Positions 10,144 to 20,900 are shown, counted from the first letter of the stretch. The stretch: DNA of 64,000 nt from an uncultured Lentisphaerales bacterium (GCA_943788985.1 CALSSJ010000010.1:160001-224000); one strand, 5' to 3'. Numbers and translations: made by a program. The notes: generated from the sequence alone by a model not told the origin.

Positions 10144-11355
10144 TCAGTCCTTCCCGGCCATCAGCCGGCAGATGGTTTTGTAACGTTGTAGAATCTCAGT
10201 GTGCAACTCTTTCGCTGGCAACTCGTCTTGACACAGGCGCTTGATGCGTGTGGCGCGCTCCTTCGGCACCTGACGTGAGCTGCGTAGCGTGCGTTGCCAG
10301 GCGTCATGGCAGGTCTGCAGCAGGTCGCGAGGGCGAATGTTCTGGCGCAGTAAGGCGGTTAGCCCATCCATTCGCGGGCCCCGCACCAAGCTGTCTGCCG
10401 GGAGTTCGTCTGGCGGCAAGAACGCAGCGGATGCCCGCCAGATGTAAAGCAGAACCACCAGCAGCAGGCCGATTGCAAACCCATGCATGCGGTACTGCCG
10501 CGCCAGCCCAACGACACCGAGCTGCGTGGTCACCCCGAGGCGGCTTTCGTCGAAAATCACGGTGGCTTTATCACGGACCAGCCAGAGTATGGCGTCGCTG
10601 GAGCGATCCTTGGCCAGCGATTCGTTACTGAGCCAGTACGAGTCGGCACAGGCCACGATGGAGCCGCGGCCAAAGCTCCGCTCTGCCATCCAGACCGCTC
10701 CTGCGGAGTCGGTAACAAGCGGGGTCCAGGCTTCATCCTCCAATTGCAGCGCCAGTTCGGCTCGCCAGCTTGGCGGCGTTTGCAGACCTCTAGCAGCGGG
10801 GGTGCACGCGGGGCCGACCGCCCTGTGGGAAACGAGGACCAGCCCCCAGTCATGGTACAAGGGGTTGGGCGGCTCTTCTTCTTGTTTTTCTGCGGCGTCG
10901 TCGCTTTCCTTTTTCCTCGCAGGCCAGGGAAGCACGCGGGAGGGCTCTTCAGTTTCCTTCGTCTCTTCCTCCGCTTCCTCGGGATCGACCATGTAGGACG
11001 AGACCTCCCCAAAGCAGACTAGCACGCGGTTCCCATCTGTCGCTAGACGTTGGAGCTCTGTCAGCGGGAGCGTTTCAGAGAAGATAGCCCAGCTCTGGCC
11101 GGTCCCCGCCAGCACCACCAAGCTGTCCTTGGGCTCGAGCATGTACAACGGCCGGATCCAGCGCTTGGCCTCCACCTCTGGCATCGCTTCATAGGCACGA
11201 TACAGCACCTTAGTCCCCAGCGGGTCGCTGCGCAGCGACGAGTACTTCGCGTATTGCGAGGCACCGAGGTTGATCGCCAGCAGGCGCCAGCACACCGCGC
11301 CCAGACCCACCAACAGGACCAACGAGATCAACATAATCGGCCAGTGCTTACGCAT
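10144..11355 (-). CDS. DUF4350 domain membrane protein
   Basis: N-terminal TM, YSSLRSDPLGTKVLY, GRGSIVACADSYWLSNESL, VIFDE, second TM; usual position upstream of moxR. Confidence 0.8.
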   Translation of the reverse strand: MRKHWPIMLISLVLLVGLGAVCWRLLAINLGASQYAKYSSLRSDPLGTKVLYRAYEAMPEVEAKRWIRPLYMLEPKDSLVVLAGTGQSWAIFSETLPLTELQRLATDGNRVLVCFGEVSSYMVDPEEAEEETKETEEPSRVLPWPARKKESDDAAEKQEEEPPNPLYHDWGLVLVSHRAVGPACTPAARGLQTPPSWRAELALQLEDEAWTPLVTDSAGAVWMAERSFGRGSIVACADSYWLSNESLAKDRSSDAILWLVRDKATVIFDESRLGVTTQLGVVGLARQYRMHGFAIGLLLVVLLYIWRASAAFLPPDELPADSLVRGPRMDGLTALLRQNIRPRDLLQTCHDAWQRTLRSSRQVPKERATRIKRLCQDELPAKELHTEILQRYKTICRLMAGKD

Positions 11356-13069
11356 CCGAAAGAATCTCCTCTGTGGTCTCGCGAAACTGCCGGTAGCGTT
11401 CTTCTGTCGCCTCTGTGGTTCCATACCAGATCGTCTCGAAGCTGCGGCGACCGTCCTGGAAATTCTGCAGCAACTCAGGGAGCGCGTGCCCGCGGCGAGT
11501 CAGCTCACGCTCATAGTCCGCGTTGGACTTGAAGCGGGCGACGTGCACCAAGTGGCGGTCGCTCAAATGCGCAATCGACGCCAGAAAGAGCGCGCGGATT
11601 GCCAGCCGATGATCACCACCATCGGCCATCTCGCGGGCCATTGTCATCCAGGCGGACTCAGGAAGTGCCCCGGCGTCTACATTCTCATCCGCGAGGTCCG
11701 GCGCCACCACCACTGGCTCAGCTTCAGTCTCGATCTCTGGAATACGCCGTCGCCAAGCACGAATCATCATGATTGTCAGGTAGATCAGCAATGCTGTCAC
11801 CACGAACAGTAACAGGCGGGTCACCGTCGATTCCCAGGCAATGCCCTCCTTGCCCGAATTCGCCGCACGAGGCTCAGGTCGGAACTTCTCCAGCCACCTC
11901 ATAAACTTTTCATACAGCTCCCGAAGCGACTCCAAAAACTGCTCGTACGGGCCGAGCAGGTCGCCAGCGAGTTCGTCGTCGATCTCGAGCGGATCTCGTG
12001 GCATGCGCCAAGCAAATTCGCGCTCGCTTAGAATTTGGTCTACAGAGCGGTCGAACTCCGGCTGTGACGTGTTGCCGTACGACGTCTGCACGAGCAAGAC
12101 CAGCAGCGCCACCGTGAACACCTTGCGCCAGCGCAGCTTTAGGTCTGCCCCGCTGGTGCGTGAGGCCCCCGCGAAACAGCGAAGCACGTAAAAGGACTTC
12201 ATGATCGGGTCCAGCAAAAAGTACGTAACGCAGGTCACGATCAGCAGAAACGTCGGGCTGGTCATCACCCGACCCGGAGCCATCGTCATCATGGTCTCGA
12301 TGCCCAGACAGATGCGCAGCAAATAGGGAAGGGCCATCAGAAATACCGCGATATTCGCCGCCACGAGCAGCGGCACAGGTGCCATCAGCGCCACCAGAAT
12401 CGCGATGATCATGTACAGCCAGCCGATGCCACCCAGTACGGTACTATCGACCATTGAACTGCCTGCGCCGAGCGCGCCCGCCACGATGGCCACTGCCCAA
12501 ATCATGGCCGGACTCGCCAGCCAGATTGCCAGATGATTTTCCTTTGGCGCCAGCTTGGCCAGCTCCCATGACTCACGGACCAACCGTCGTAGCGTCTGGT
12601 CTGGTTGCTCCCGCGCCGTTAGGTTCTGGTAGAACGCGTAGCACCAGCCAAAGGGCAGGGCCACCACAGCCGCGAGCGGCAGGATGATGATCCCGCTGGC
12701 CTGCAGGACCGCCTGCCGGCAGACCATGTGAAAGATCGTAGCAGGTGTCCACGCGGGGACTTCGTCTCCCAACAGCCGCCGCAGGTGCGTCGTGTAGCCA
12801 GCTTGGCAGGCTTTCATCCAGACGAACGTCAGGCTCAGGAATAGGGAGAATAGAATGCAGGATTCACGCGCCGCGTGACTGAACCGCATATCGCCCCAGA
12901 ATAGGACCAGCGCCGTCCAGAACGGAACGCTCCCGACCAAGTACCAGCCCACCGCGCCAGCAGATCCGCGCGCCAGCCAAGCCGCAGCTTCCATCTCCTT
13001 GAGCGGCAACATCGAGCGGGGCGATCCGGCACCTTTCTTGCGCTTGCGTTTATCTGTCGCTGCTGTCAT
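11348..13069 (-). CDS. Polytopic membrane protein with C-terminal DUF4129-like domain
   Basis: Many TMs; C-terminal GDHRLAIRALFLASIAHL...KSNADYEREL...FETIWYG. ATG 13069 forms an ATGA overlap. Confidence 0.8.
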   Translation of the reverse strand: MTAATDKRKRKKGAGSPRSMLPLKEMEAAAWLARGSAGAVGWYLVGSVPFWTALVLFWGDMRFSHAARESCILFSLFLSLTFVWMKACQAGYTTHLRRLLGDEVPAWTPATIFHMVCRQAVLQASGIIILPLAAVVALPFGWCYAFYQNLTAREQPDQTLRRLVRESWELAKLAPKENHLAIWLASPAMIWAVAIVAGALGAGSSMVDSTVLGGIGWLYMIIAILVALMAPVPLLVAANIAVFLMALPYLLRICLGIETMMTMAPGRVMTSPTFLLIVTCVTYFLLDPIMKSFYVLRCFAGASRTSGADLKLRWRKVFTVALLVLLVQTSYGNTSQPEFDRSVDQILSEREFAWRMPRDPLEIDDELAGDLLGPYEQFLESLRELYEKFMRWLEKFRPEPRAANSGKEGIAWESTVTRLLLFVVTALLIYLTIMMIRAWRRRIPEIETEAEPVVVAPDLADENVDAGALPESAWMTMAREMADGGDHRLAIRALFLASIAHLSDRHLVHVARFKSNADYERELTRRGHALPELLQNFQDGRRSFETIWYGTTEATEERYRQFRETTEEILSDA

Positions 13070-13353
13070 TCCATGTGCCAAGAAGATGGGATAGCCAGGA
13101 GCCCGCGCCCCACCAGATAGGTCACGCACCAGATCAATGCCACCCCCAGCACCAACGCCAGCAGACTGACGATCACAGAATTTCTCTTTTCCTGCTCAGC
13201 GCCCTCGGTTGTGGTGCGAAAGCAGGACGCACAGATGACCTTATTCTCATGCTCGGTGACGCACTCTCGGCAAAAGTAGTCGGTGCATTCTGGACAACGC
13301 GCCACCGCCTCGCGGGCAGCGTGGTTGAAACACCGGGACAGTGAGATTCCCAT
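13066..13353 (-). CDS. Small B-box-like zinc-finger protein with C-terminal TM helix
   Basis: CFNH-x8-CPEC-x4-CREC-x3-H-x5-CASC followed by a hydrophobic helix; translationally coupled. Confidence 0.8.
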   Translation of the reverse strand: MGISLSRCFNHAAREAVARCPECTDYFCRECVTEHENKVICASCFRTTTEGAEQEKRNSVIVSLLALVLGVALIWCVTYLVGRGLLAIPSSWHME

Positions 13354-13361
13354 TGCGCGGT

Positions 13362-14324
13362 TCAGCCCTCCGGCTGCGAAAGTTCAAGCTCGCGATTGCG
13401 CTTCGCCTCTGTGCTCACCGCACCCAGCCCAACGCCGGCCATACCGCCCCAGATCGCGCCCAGAATCAAGTAGCAGATCATGGTAGGAACACTCTCCAAC
13501 GGCTGCTGATTCGCATAGAATTCGAACGCCTGGTACGACGTATTGGCAAACGGGTCTGCCTCGAACTCCAGCATGCTCGGGATCGAAATCAGGGCCAGAA
13601 ACAGAAACGACTTCGCCCCGACCGTGATCCACGTCATCCAATTCAAGCCGGATCCCCGCTGGCGCACGCGGTCCCGCACAGCGAAAATCACAGCCCCCGC
13701 GATCCCCAAGTTCACCAGTATGATCAGCGACACCGTCACCGCAGAGGCCAGGGGGATGGATAAAAACACCAGCGTCGCCTCCGCAGCCAGCATGGTATAC
13801 AACCACCGATGCCACTTCAAGGCGACGACCTCGCCCCCAGTCTTCAGCACGGCTGGCGTGTAGCTTTGGGTCATTTCGGCATCCCACGGGCCTTGTGCAG
13901 CATACACTCTCTCCTGCACCAGGCGAATGAGCTTCCTGGCTTTTGGCATGCGGGTGATAGGCACCTCGAGCTGCTGCACCGCTGTCTGCATAGCCACCTT
14001 ACAGCTGCGCCCCAAGTACAGGTGAACAATCAGGATGAACAGCATTGGTAGATTAAAGAATAGTCCAACTGCACCAAGCTCCGACCAGAGAGAAACTGTC
14101 GGGATGCTGAGAAGTACGAGAAAAAACGACCAAATAATAGTCCAAAAAAGATGGTTAGGTGTTGGCCGTACGATGATCGCCTCGATCTCGTTGTACGGAA
14201 ACTTCCGGTAGACTTCGCGAAAGCCGGCCACCTCAATGCGCACCAGATCGTCATCCCCCATATACAGCAGGTAACGATCTGCCAGAGACATCGAGGACTC
14301 GCTTAATTTTTTATACTTTGCCAT
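13362..14324 (-). CDS. Hypothetical polytopic membrane protein
   Basis: 320-aa ORF with about 6 TMs and YRKFPYNEIEAI; abuts its neighbours (gaps 0 and 8 nt). Confidence 0.75.
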   Translation of the reverse strand: MAKYKKLSESSMSLADRYLLYMGDDDLVRIEVAGFREVYRKFPYNEIEAIIVRPTPNHLFWTIIWSFFLVLLSIPTVSLWSELGAVGLFFNLPMLFILIVHLYLGRSCKVAMQTAVQQLEVPITRMPKARKLIRLVQERVYAAQGPWDAEMTQSYTPAVLKTGGEVVALKWHRWLYTMLAAEATLVFLSIPLASAVTVSLIILVNLGIAGAVIFAVRDRVRQRGSGLNWMTWITVGAKSFLFLALISIPSMLEFEADPFANTSYQAFEFYANQQPLESVPTMICYLILGAIWGGMAGVGLGAVSTEAKRNRELELSQPEG

Positions 14325-14912
14325 CTACCACCCACCCAGCGCACTCGCCGTGCCAATCCCGAGGATAAACAGACCCCAGAACAGCAACTGTAGGACAGCC
14401 AAAGTCCCTGCCATCCAGCGGCGGCGGGTCCCACCACCACGAATCGGACTTTCTGGGGCTTTCCGAAAATAAATCAGCATGCCTAGCGTCAGCGGGGCCG
14501 TAAACACCGTGATCGGAAACATCAGCAGCGGCAGCGCAGCGGTCAGCATAATCAACTGATCTGCGCAAAAGTGCGAATTCTTCACCTCTTCCAGCTTCCC
14601 TTCACTGCGCCCATAGGACAGACAGTTCGAGCACAAGTGCTCCTCTTCAATCTCCAAGTCGCACAGGCTGCACAAGAAGCGACCGCAGCCATCACAGGCG
14701 ATGTCCGCCCTCTGCGTCTCATGATAAAAGCAGCTTGCCTCGTCCGAGAGCAACTGCTCAGCCTTTGCCCCTTGCCGCAGGTCACGCACCAGTGCTGGGA
14801 AAGGCGTCACCTGTACCTTGGCGCTGCATATCTCGCAGGTAGTCAGTGCGCCGTCCAGTACCCTTAGCGGAAGTGGTCCCTCGCAGCCGAGGCAACGCAG
14901 TTGATGCGGCAT
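14325..14912 (-). CDS. Zinc ribbon + B-box-like zinc finger membrane protein
   Basis: CLGC...CEIC ribbon, then CFYH-x8-CDGC-x4-CSLC-x9-CSNC, then two TMs. Confidence 0.8.
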   Translation of the reverse strand: MPHQLRCLGCEGPLPLRVLDGALTTCEICSAKVQVTPFPALVRDLRQGAKAEQLLSDEASCFYHETQRADIACDGCGRFLCSLCDLEIEEEHLCSNCLSYGRSEGKLEEVKNSHFCADQLIMLTAALPLLMFPITVFTAPLTLGMLIYFRKAPESPIRGGGTRRRWMAGTLAVLQLLFWGLFILGIGTASALGGW

Positions 14913-14925
14913 TCTTCGCGTCGCG

Positions 14926-15660
14926 TCAGATTTTTACGACGCGCGTGTCGCACATGCGGTCATGCCAGCCCCGGCGATACTCATCAAAGAACGCCATCCA
15001 CAGGCCCGCGCCCAACGGCAGCGCCACCAGCACCCTGGCAAAGAAGCGGCCAAAGCCACGCCAAAACGTCAGGGTACTACCGTCCGATCGAACTACCTTT
15101 ACCTTTAACAGTGACTTCCCCGGCGTGGAGCCTGATGTGCTGTAGAAGTAACCTTCATACGAAGCAGACAGCCCATACGACAGCAAGAGCCCGACAACCG
15201 ACGCAATGATGATATTCATGTCGTTGTTCACCAGAATTCTGCCGATCAGCAGCGCCACCACGAACTGAATGGCGGTCGCGGCGACCTGCAGGAGAAAGCC
15301 ATCCACCCACTGTGCGACCAAGCGGCGGCCCATGCTGCCCGGCTCCATATCCGCCGTGCCGATTTCTACGCCCTGACGCAGTTTCTGTAGAAAGACCGGC
15401 TTGCATCCAGCGCACACATGCGAGCCTTCGTAGGCCAGCATCTCATACTCGCCGAAGGACTCACCGCACTCATCACACACCTGGTGAGCTTGGCCAATCG
15501 CGACCGATGCCGTTGCCTGCCCATACGCAGTCCAGTCACTCATCGTGGCGTTCCAAACCAGCGTTTCGGCGGTTACAGTCCCTTCCGCGACGGCCTGTTC
15601 CAGGCCCGCATCATCCAGCGGGCCTTGCCGCTCGCCGTTGTCTTCGAAGTACCATTCCAT
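14926..15660 (-). CDS. GYF_2 (DUF4339) + zinc finger + RDD family protein
   Basis: MEWYFEDNGERQGPL...TLVWNATMSDW (GYF_2); CDEC...CAGC; RRLVAQWVD...TPGKSLLKVKVV...RGWHDRMCDTRVV (RDD). Confidence 0.88.
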   Translation of the reverse strand: MEWYFEDNGERQGPLDDAGLEQAVAEGTVTAETLVWNATMSDWTAYGQATASVAIGQAHQVCDECGESFGEYEMLAYEGSHVCAGCKPVFLQKLRQGVEIGTADMEPGSMGRRLVAQWVDGFLLQVAATAIQFVVALLIGRILVNNDMNIIIASVVGLLLSYGLSASYEGYFYSTSGSTPGKSLLKVKVVRSDGSTLTFWRGFGRFFARVLVALPLGAGLWMAFFDEYRRGWHDRMCDTRVVKI

Positions 15661-15711
15661 AGTCTTGCCACCTCGCCCAAAGCTGAACGCAAAGAGGTTG
15701 TCAAAAAGTCG

Positions 15712-15739
15712 ATACTAACCGATCCTGCAATGATTGCAA
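15712..15739 (-). promoter_or_regulatory. Candidate sigma70 promoter for the zinc-finger/MoxR operon
   Basis: TTGCAA-16 nt-TAGTAT on the minus strand in the 81-nt gap. Confidence 0.3.
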
Positions 15740-15741
15740 AG

Positions 15742-17838
15742 TCAGTCTTCCCCGACACCCATAATTTTCGCAATTAAAATTGCCGCGTAGAACATCACCA
15801 CCAGCGGGATCGCCAGCATCACTTGGGACACGATGTCCGGGGGAGTCACCAGCGCCGACAGCAGAAATATCCCGACGATCACGTAGCGGGCGCTAGACAG
15901 CAACCAGCTTCGTTTGATCAGGTTGAACGTCATCAGGATCAACAGCACTAGCGGGGCTTGGAACAACACCACAAACGCCAGAATCAGCTGGAACACAAAC
16001 AACACGCTCCGTTTGTAATCCAGGAAATTCTCCACCGACTCAGGCTTGAACTTCAGGAGAAACTCCACAGCCAGCGGCAGCACTTGAAAGTAGGCCAGCC
16101 AGGCACCTAGGATTGCCAGCGTCAGTCCCGCCCACGTATACACCCGCAGAATTCGCTGCTCTCGTTTCTCCAAGGCTGGCGAGACAAACGAAATGATGTT
16201 GTAGATATGAATCGGTGACGAAAAGACCAACGCCACGTAGCCGGCGATTCGAAACTGCAGCATGAAGCCCTGCTCGGGCGAGGTCATGACCACCTTTCCC
16301 AAAGCCAAGTAAAAGAACGGATCCGTGAAGTACTTGACGTAGTACTGGTAGCCTAAAATGGCGATCACGAACAACACCGCTACGGACGCCACCGAGCGAA
16401 GTACCCGTAGGCGGAGCTCGCGTAGATGCTCCATAAACGGCATCTCTCCAATCGTCTGTGTTGCTGCCTGCCCCGTCTCTTCCGGCGGCTCTTCCTTTTC
16501 GATCGGCTCTGTCGGTTCTTCGCTCGCCGGCACCAACCCTTCGAGGCGCATGCCGCGTGATGCCTTAAGCACCACCAGGTCCCCGTCGCGAACCTGCGCC
16601 AGGCCTTTCCGCGCCGCTGCGATGTCCGCAAAACCGTTGATTCCCAGCGATTGCGCCGCCTCACACATACGCGATCCGACCGGCACCAACACCGCGTCCG
16701 GTAGTTCCTTCGCGAGCTTGAGTACCTGCTCGTGGTAGCTCACCTCTTCCGGTCCCAGCTCCAGCATATCGCCCAGAACCAGCACCAGTCGCCCACCCGA
16801 GGGGGCCCTCACTGTGCGCAGCAGCGCGGTCATGCTGTCCGGGTTTGCGTTGTACGCATCATTCAGCCAACGCACGCCAGCCACCACCGTTTCCTGCATC
16901 CGCATTCCTGGAATCTGCACCTCCGCCAGCGCCGCCGCCGATTCCTGCAGGTCCAACCCCAAACTCAAGGCCGCAGCGATCACAGCCGCCGCGTTGCAGG
17001 CCTGATGCGGCCCCGCTAGGTTCCATGCGACCGTCGCGCACTCGCCGTCCGCCACCAGCTCAAATCGTGCGGGCGGTCCCTCTTCATACGCCTGCACCCG
17101 GATGTCCGCGCCCGCTTCCGTGCCGAATGTAACCAATCGTCGGCCCTGCGCTAGAATTGCCGGATTCTTCGCCTCGGCGTACGGCACCACAAGCGCGCCA
17201 TTTTCCTCTAGGCCAGCTGCGATCGTCGCCTTCTCTTTCGCCACACCGGCCACGCTGCCCAAGCGTTCCAGGTGCACCGGCCCAATATTGGTGATGATCG
17301 CCACGGCTGGTGCCGCAACCCGCGACAGCGGCTCGATCTCGCCCGGGCCGCTCGTGCCCATCTCAAGAACCGCAAACGCCTCATCACCCTGCAGGCGCAG
17401 CACATTCTGCGGCACCCCCACGTGATTGTTCGTATTTCCTTCGGTAGCCAGCACCGGGCCCGCCGTGCGCAGCACCGCGGCCATCATTTCCTTGGTGCTG
17501 GTCTTGCCACTGCTTCCCGTGATCCCCACCGTGCGAACTCCGCAACGCTGGCGATGAAATGCGGCCAATGCCTGATAGGCCACTAGCGTATCCGCCACCT
17601 GCAAGGCTGGCACGCCCCAACCTCCGCCACGATCCACGCAGACCGCCGTCGCACCTTCGGCCACGGCCTTAGCGCAGAACTCATGCCCGTCGAAATTCTC
17701 TCCCCGCAACGCGACAAACAAACCGCCGTCCTGGCGTATCCGCGAGTCCGTAGAGACCCCGCTGACGCCATTTCCGCCGTCCGGCACGTGAACCCACACG
17801 CCGCCGGTTGCCTGTTCTAGCTCGTCCCAGGTGAACAT
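15742..17838 (-). CDS. murF-tatC: MurF ligase fused in frame to TatC
   Basis: N-terminal part: STDSR, ITGSSGKTSTKE, EMG, NDAYNANPDSM, LGDMLELG, KASRG (MurF). After an acidic Pro-rich linker: EMPFMEHLRELR, FVSPAL, TPPDIVSQ (TatC). No stop between them. Confidence 0.85.
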   Translation of the reverse strand: MFTWDELEQATGGVWVHVPDGGNGVSGVSTDSRIRQDGGLFVALRGENFDGHEFCAKAVAEGATAVCVDRGGGWGVPALQVADTLVAYQALAAFHRQRCGVRTVGITGSSGKTSTKEMMAAVLRTAGPVLATEGNTNNHVGVPQNVLRLQGDEAFAVLEMGTSGPGEIEPLSRVAAPAVAIITNIGPVHLERLGSVAGVAKEKATIAAGLEENGALVVPYAEAKNPAILAQGRRLVTFGTEAGADIRVQAYEEGPPARFELVADGECATVAWNLAGPHQACNAAAVIAAALSLGLDLQESAAALAEVQIPGMRMQETVVAGVRWLNDAYNANPDSMTALLRTVRAPSGGRLVLVLGDMLELGPEEVSYHEQVLKLAKELPDAVLVPVGSRMCEAAQSLGINGFADIAAARKGLAQVRDGDLVVLKASRGMRLEGLVPASEEPTEPIEKEEPPEETGQAATQTIGEMPFMEHLRELRLRVLRSVASVAVLFVIAILGYQYYVKYFTDPFFYLALGKVVMTSPEQGFMLQFRIAGYVALVFSSPIHIYNIISFVSPALEKREQRILRVYTWAGLTLAILGAWLAYFQVLPLAVEFLLKFKPESVENFLDYKRSVLFVFQLILAFVVLFQAPLVLLILMTFNLIKRSWLLSSARYVIVGIFLLSALVTPPDIVSQVMLAIPLVVMFYAAILIAKIMGVGED

Positions 17839-17909
17839 GCCGCCTCCGCAGATTGGAAAACCGGTAACATGTGACGACTCGCCGCAACCACCACCTTTGC
17901 CGTCATTGG

Positions 17910-20900
17910 CTACCGGAACTTTCGCACGGGTTGTGCATCCATAAACAGCTGAAAACGCGCTCGTACGCGCAAATATGCATCGTCTGGCACCTCGATCGGC
18001 AGCAGGCTCTGCAGCTTCAAATTCTTCGCGCCCCACGGCTTATCGTTTTCTTCCGTGATGCGTTCCGTAAGGATCCGTGCGTATTGCTCGCGCTCCGCTT
18101 CGTGGGCAATCGTCATGTCAGCCCAAGGCTTCGCCATATTGCGATCCAGCGCGTTTCTCAACGGCAGTAGCTGATAGTTAGCGGCACCGGCCACCAGTAC
18201 CACTTTCTGCAGAAACTGTGCCGAAGCCGCCATGCTGATCGACCAGCGCCAGCTCCGGACTCCCCCGTCGAAGGCCAGGGTCACCGTGAACGGGGCATCG
18301 CCAATCATCCGCTCTTCCTCAGGAACTGCGGAGTCCGCAACTTTGAGCGTGAGAAAGAACAGAAAGGCGCGGAGCGCATCGACCGTGGGATCACTCCCGA
18401 AGATCTTCCCCCTGACCACATCCAGATGCTCGCAGGCACCAGTCTCCGGATCGCGCCAGACGTGACGCAGGTCGCCCGCCAGTTCGATCTCCGCAATCTC
18501 CGGGTTGCCGCAGTGGAATGCTCCAGCCCGTTGCTCGCTGCCCAGGCTCAGGCGAGCGTGGTAGTCGGGCTGCGCGATATTTTGCAGCAGGTCCTCGAGG
18601 CCCGGAGAGCGATCGCCTCCCTTCAGGCGCTGCCCGAGCTTGTCCAGCAACGCGTGCCGGTCGATGTTGCCGAACTCTTCATCAGGAGCGTGTCCCGCGG
18701 CTTGCCGCATGGCATGTTGATCCGCAATCCACTGGGTTCCCAATGCCGTCGCCTGCGTCAGCGTTTCCCCATGTCCAACTTGGTCAATCATCTCATGGCA
18801 CGCATCGAGGACCAGATTCAGCGCCTCGCGCTTGTCCGTAATAAACGGCTCCTGATCAAACGTCGTTGTATCCGCGTCTGTCAGATCCGCCTCATACAGC
18901 CGCAAATGCCGCCGCAACGTCGCTTGCACCGGGTTGTACAGCGCCCAGTACAGATCATCCACCGTGACCCGGTCGCAGTCGGGCTGCGCCTCTTCGCTCG
19001 CCTCCGGAAGCTGGCTCTGGCGCCGCGCGATCGATCGCTTCGCTTGCGCCTGATCCTTTGCCGATAGCTGCCCAGCTGCCGCCAACTCAGCCACCGCTAC
19101 CTCCCATACATCCCGGTCCAGCTGCGTCATCCAGGGACCAGCCTCTTCCGTAAAATAGCGCCCGCTGGTCGCCTTGAGCGGCATCATCGTCAGCGGAAAC
19201 CTCTCGCCGGTCATCTCCCCCAAGTAGTCCAGCACGGCCTGCAAGGCGGACCCCGGATGGTGCACCTGATCCTTCTGTAAATCACGACACACGTAGCTGA
19301 GCGACAGTCGCTGGCGCGCGGAGACCAGCGTCTCGAGAAACCAGTACTGCTGTTGCTCCAGGCGCGAAAGATCCCCCAACCGGCGACGCACCGCCCGCAG
19401 GTCCAGCGTCGTCTGGGTATCGCGCGTCGGAAACGATCCCTCCTGCAAGCCCAGGACGTAGATGTGTCGAAATGGCAGGCAGTGCAGCGCCCGGATGGGC
19501 CCAATCGTAACCCCCGACGCCAACGCCCGACCATGAGAGCCGCTGCCAGCTCGCAGCAGTGGCTCCAGCCGCGCCGTCACATCCTCAATCGTAAGCCGCG
19601 ACTGCGCCCTGCCCAGGTGTCCGCAGCACACATCGTACTCGCGAAGTGTTTCCAGCCCCCGCCGAACCCGACGTCGCATCCGCGCATCAGCGTAGCTCTG
19701 GCTGTCGTCCAAAAACGTGTCTGCCAGTGCACTCAACGCCGCTGCCCATTGGCCCCCGGTTTGCGAACTCCGCACCCCCTCAAGCCTCGCAAACAGCGCC
19801 TCGAGAATCGCCCCGAACTGGCCCACGCGCTCCTCGTCCAACGACGCCAGATCTGCGTACGGCGGCAGCGGAAGTTGCGAAGTCCGCAACGCCAACTCGT
19901 CGTACTCCTCCCCCAGCGCTGCCATGTCGGTCTCGTAGATGTGCCCCAGCCGCAGCCGGCGAAAGGCCTGCATCCAGGTGAACCGCACCGACCCGGACGG
20001 CTGCTCCCGGAACCCATGATAGACCGCCAGCTTCTCGATCCAGACCACCCATTGGTCCACCTCATCTCGCGTCAGCCGCATGCTGCTCAGAAAGCAATTG
20101 TTGCGCAGCAGGCTCACCACCTCGGGTCGCGTCAGGCGCCCTTCCGCCAGCGTCAGCAACGCCCGCACGCCGTCCGCGTAGGCACAATAGCTGCTGCGCC
20201 CCGTTTCCACCGCGCAGTACGGCAACTGCGCTTCGGTCCGGTCAAAAAGCTGGCGAACCACCGGCCAGTACTGATCTATATTCGGCACCAGCACCGCGAT
20301 ATCCGTAAGCTCCAGACTAGTGTCCTGCCCCAACGCCAGCAGAATCGCCTGTTGCACGCACTCCACCTCACGATGAATCCCCTGACAGGCGGACACAGTG
20401 ATCGAGTCGTCGCGGCTCGTGTGCCCATCAGGCGCTGCGCGTGTCAAAATCTGCTGTTGCAGAGTCGCCAACAGCCCGGCCTCTCTCGGAACCGAATCAT
20501 CCAACAACTGCACCTCGCAAGGAACGTGATCCAGCGCCCGTTCCTCGAGGTCACTTAACAACCGGATCATCTCCCGGCCAGCCTTGCCGAACTGTTTAAG
20601 CAGCACGTTGTCACCGGGGTCTGCTGCGATCTCCGCACCCTCGTCACTCTCATTCAGTTGCCAACCGCGCGTGCGCAGCCAGCGGTCCTCGCGAGGCGTG
20701 CTGATATCCTCCCAAAATTCCGAACAAAGATTCAGCTGGTACAGCGACAAATCCATAAACTGCCCGAGGCGCAGTAGCAGGTCACGGTGAAACGAAGACA
20801 CCCCGCCCACCGCAAAAAGGTACGCATGCTTCCCGGTCGCCTTGTCCAGCGTCAGCGACGACAGCACATCCGTCGCGTAGTGCCGCAAGGTCCGGTGTGC

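Noticed and set aside
19353..20558. Long antisense ORFs (401 aa here; 357 aa at 46322-47395)
   Set aside because: They mirror recC and nqrF, have no motifs, and are expected in high-GC DNA.
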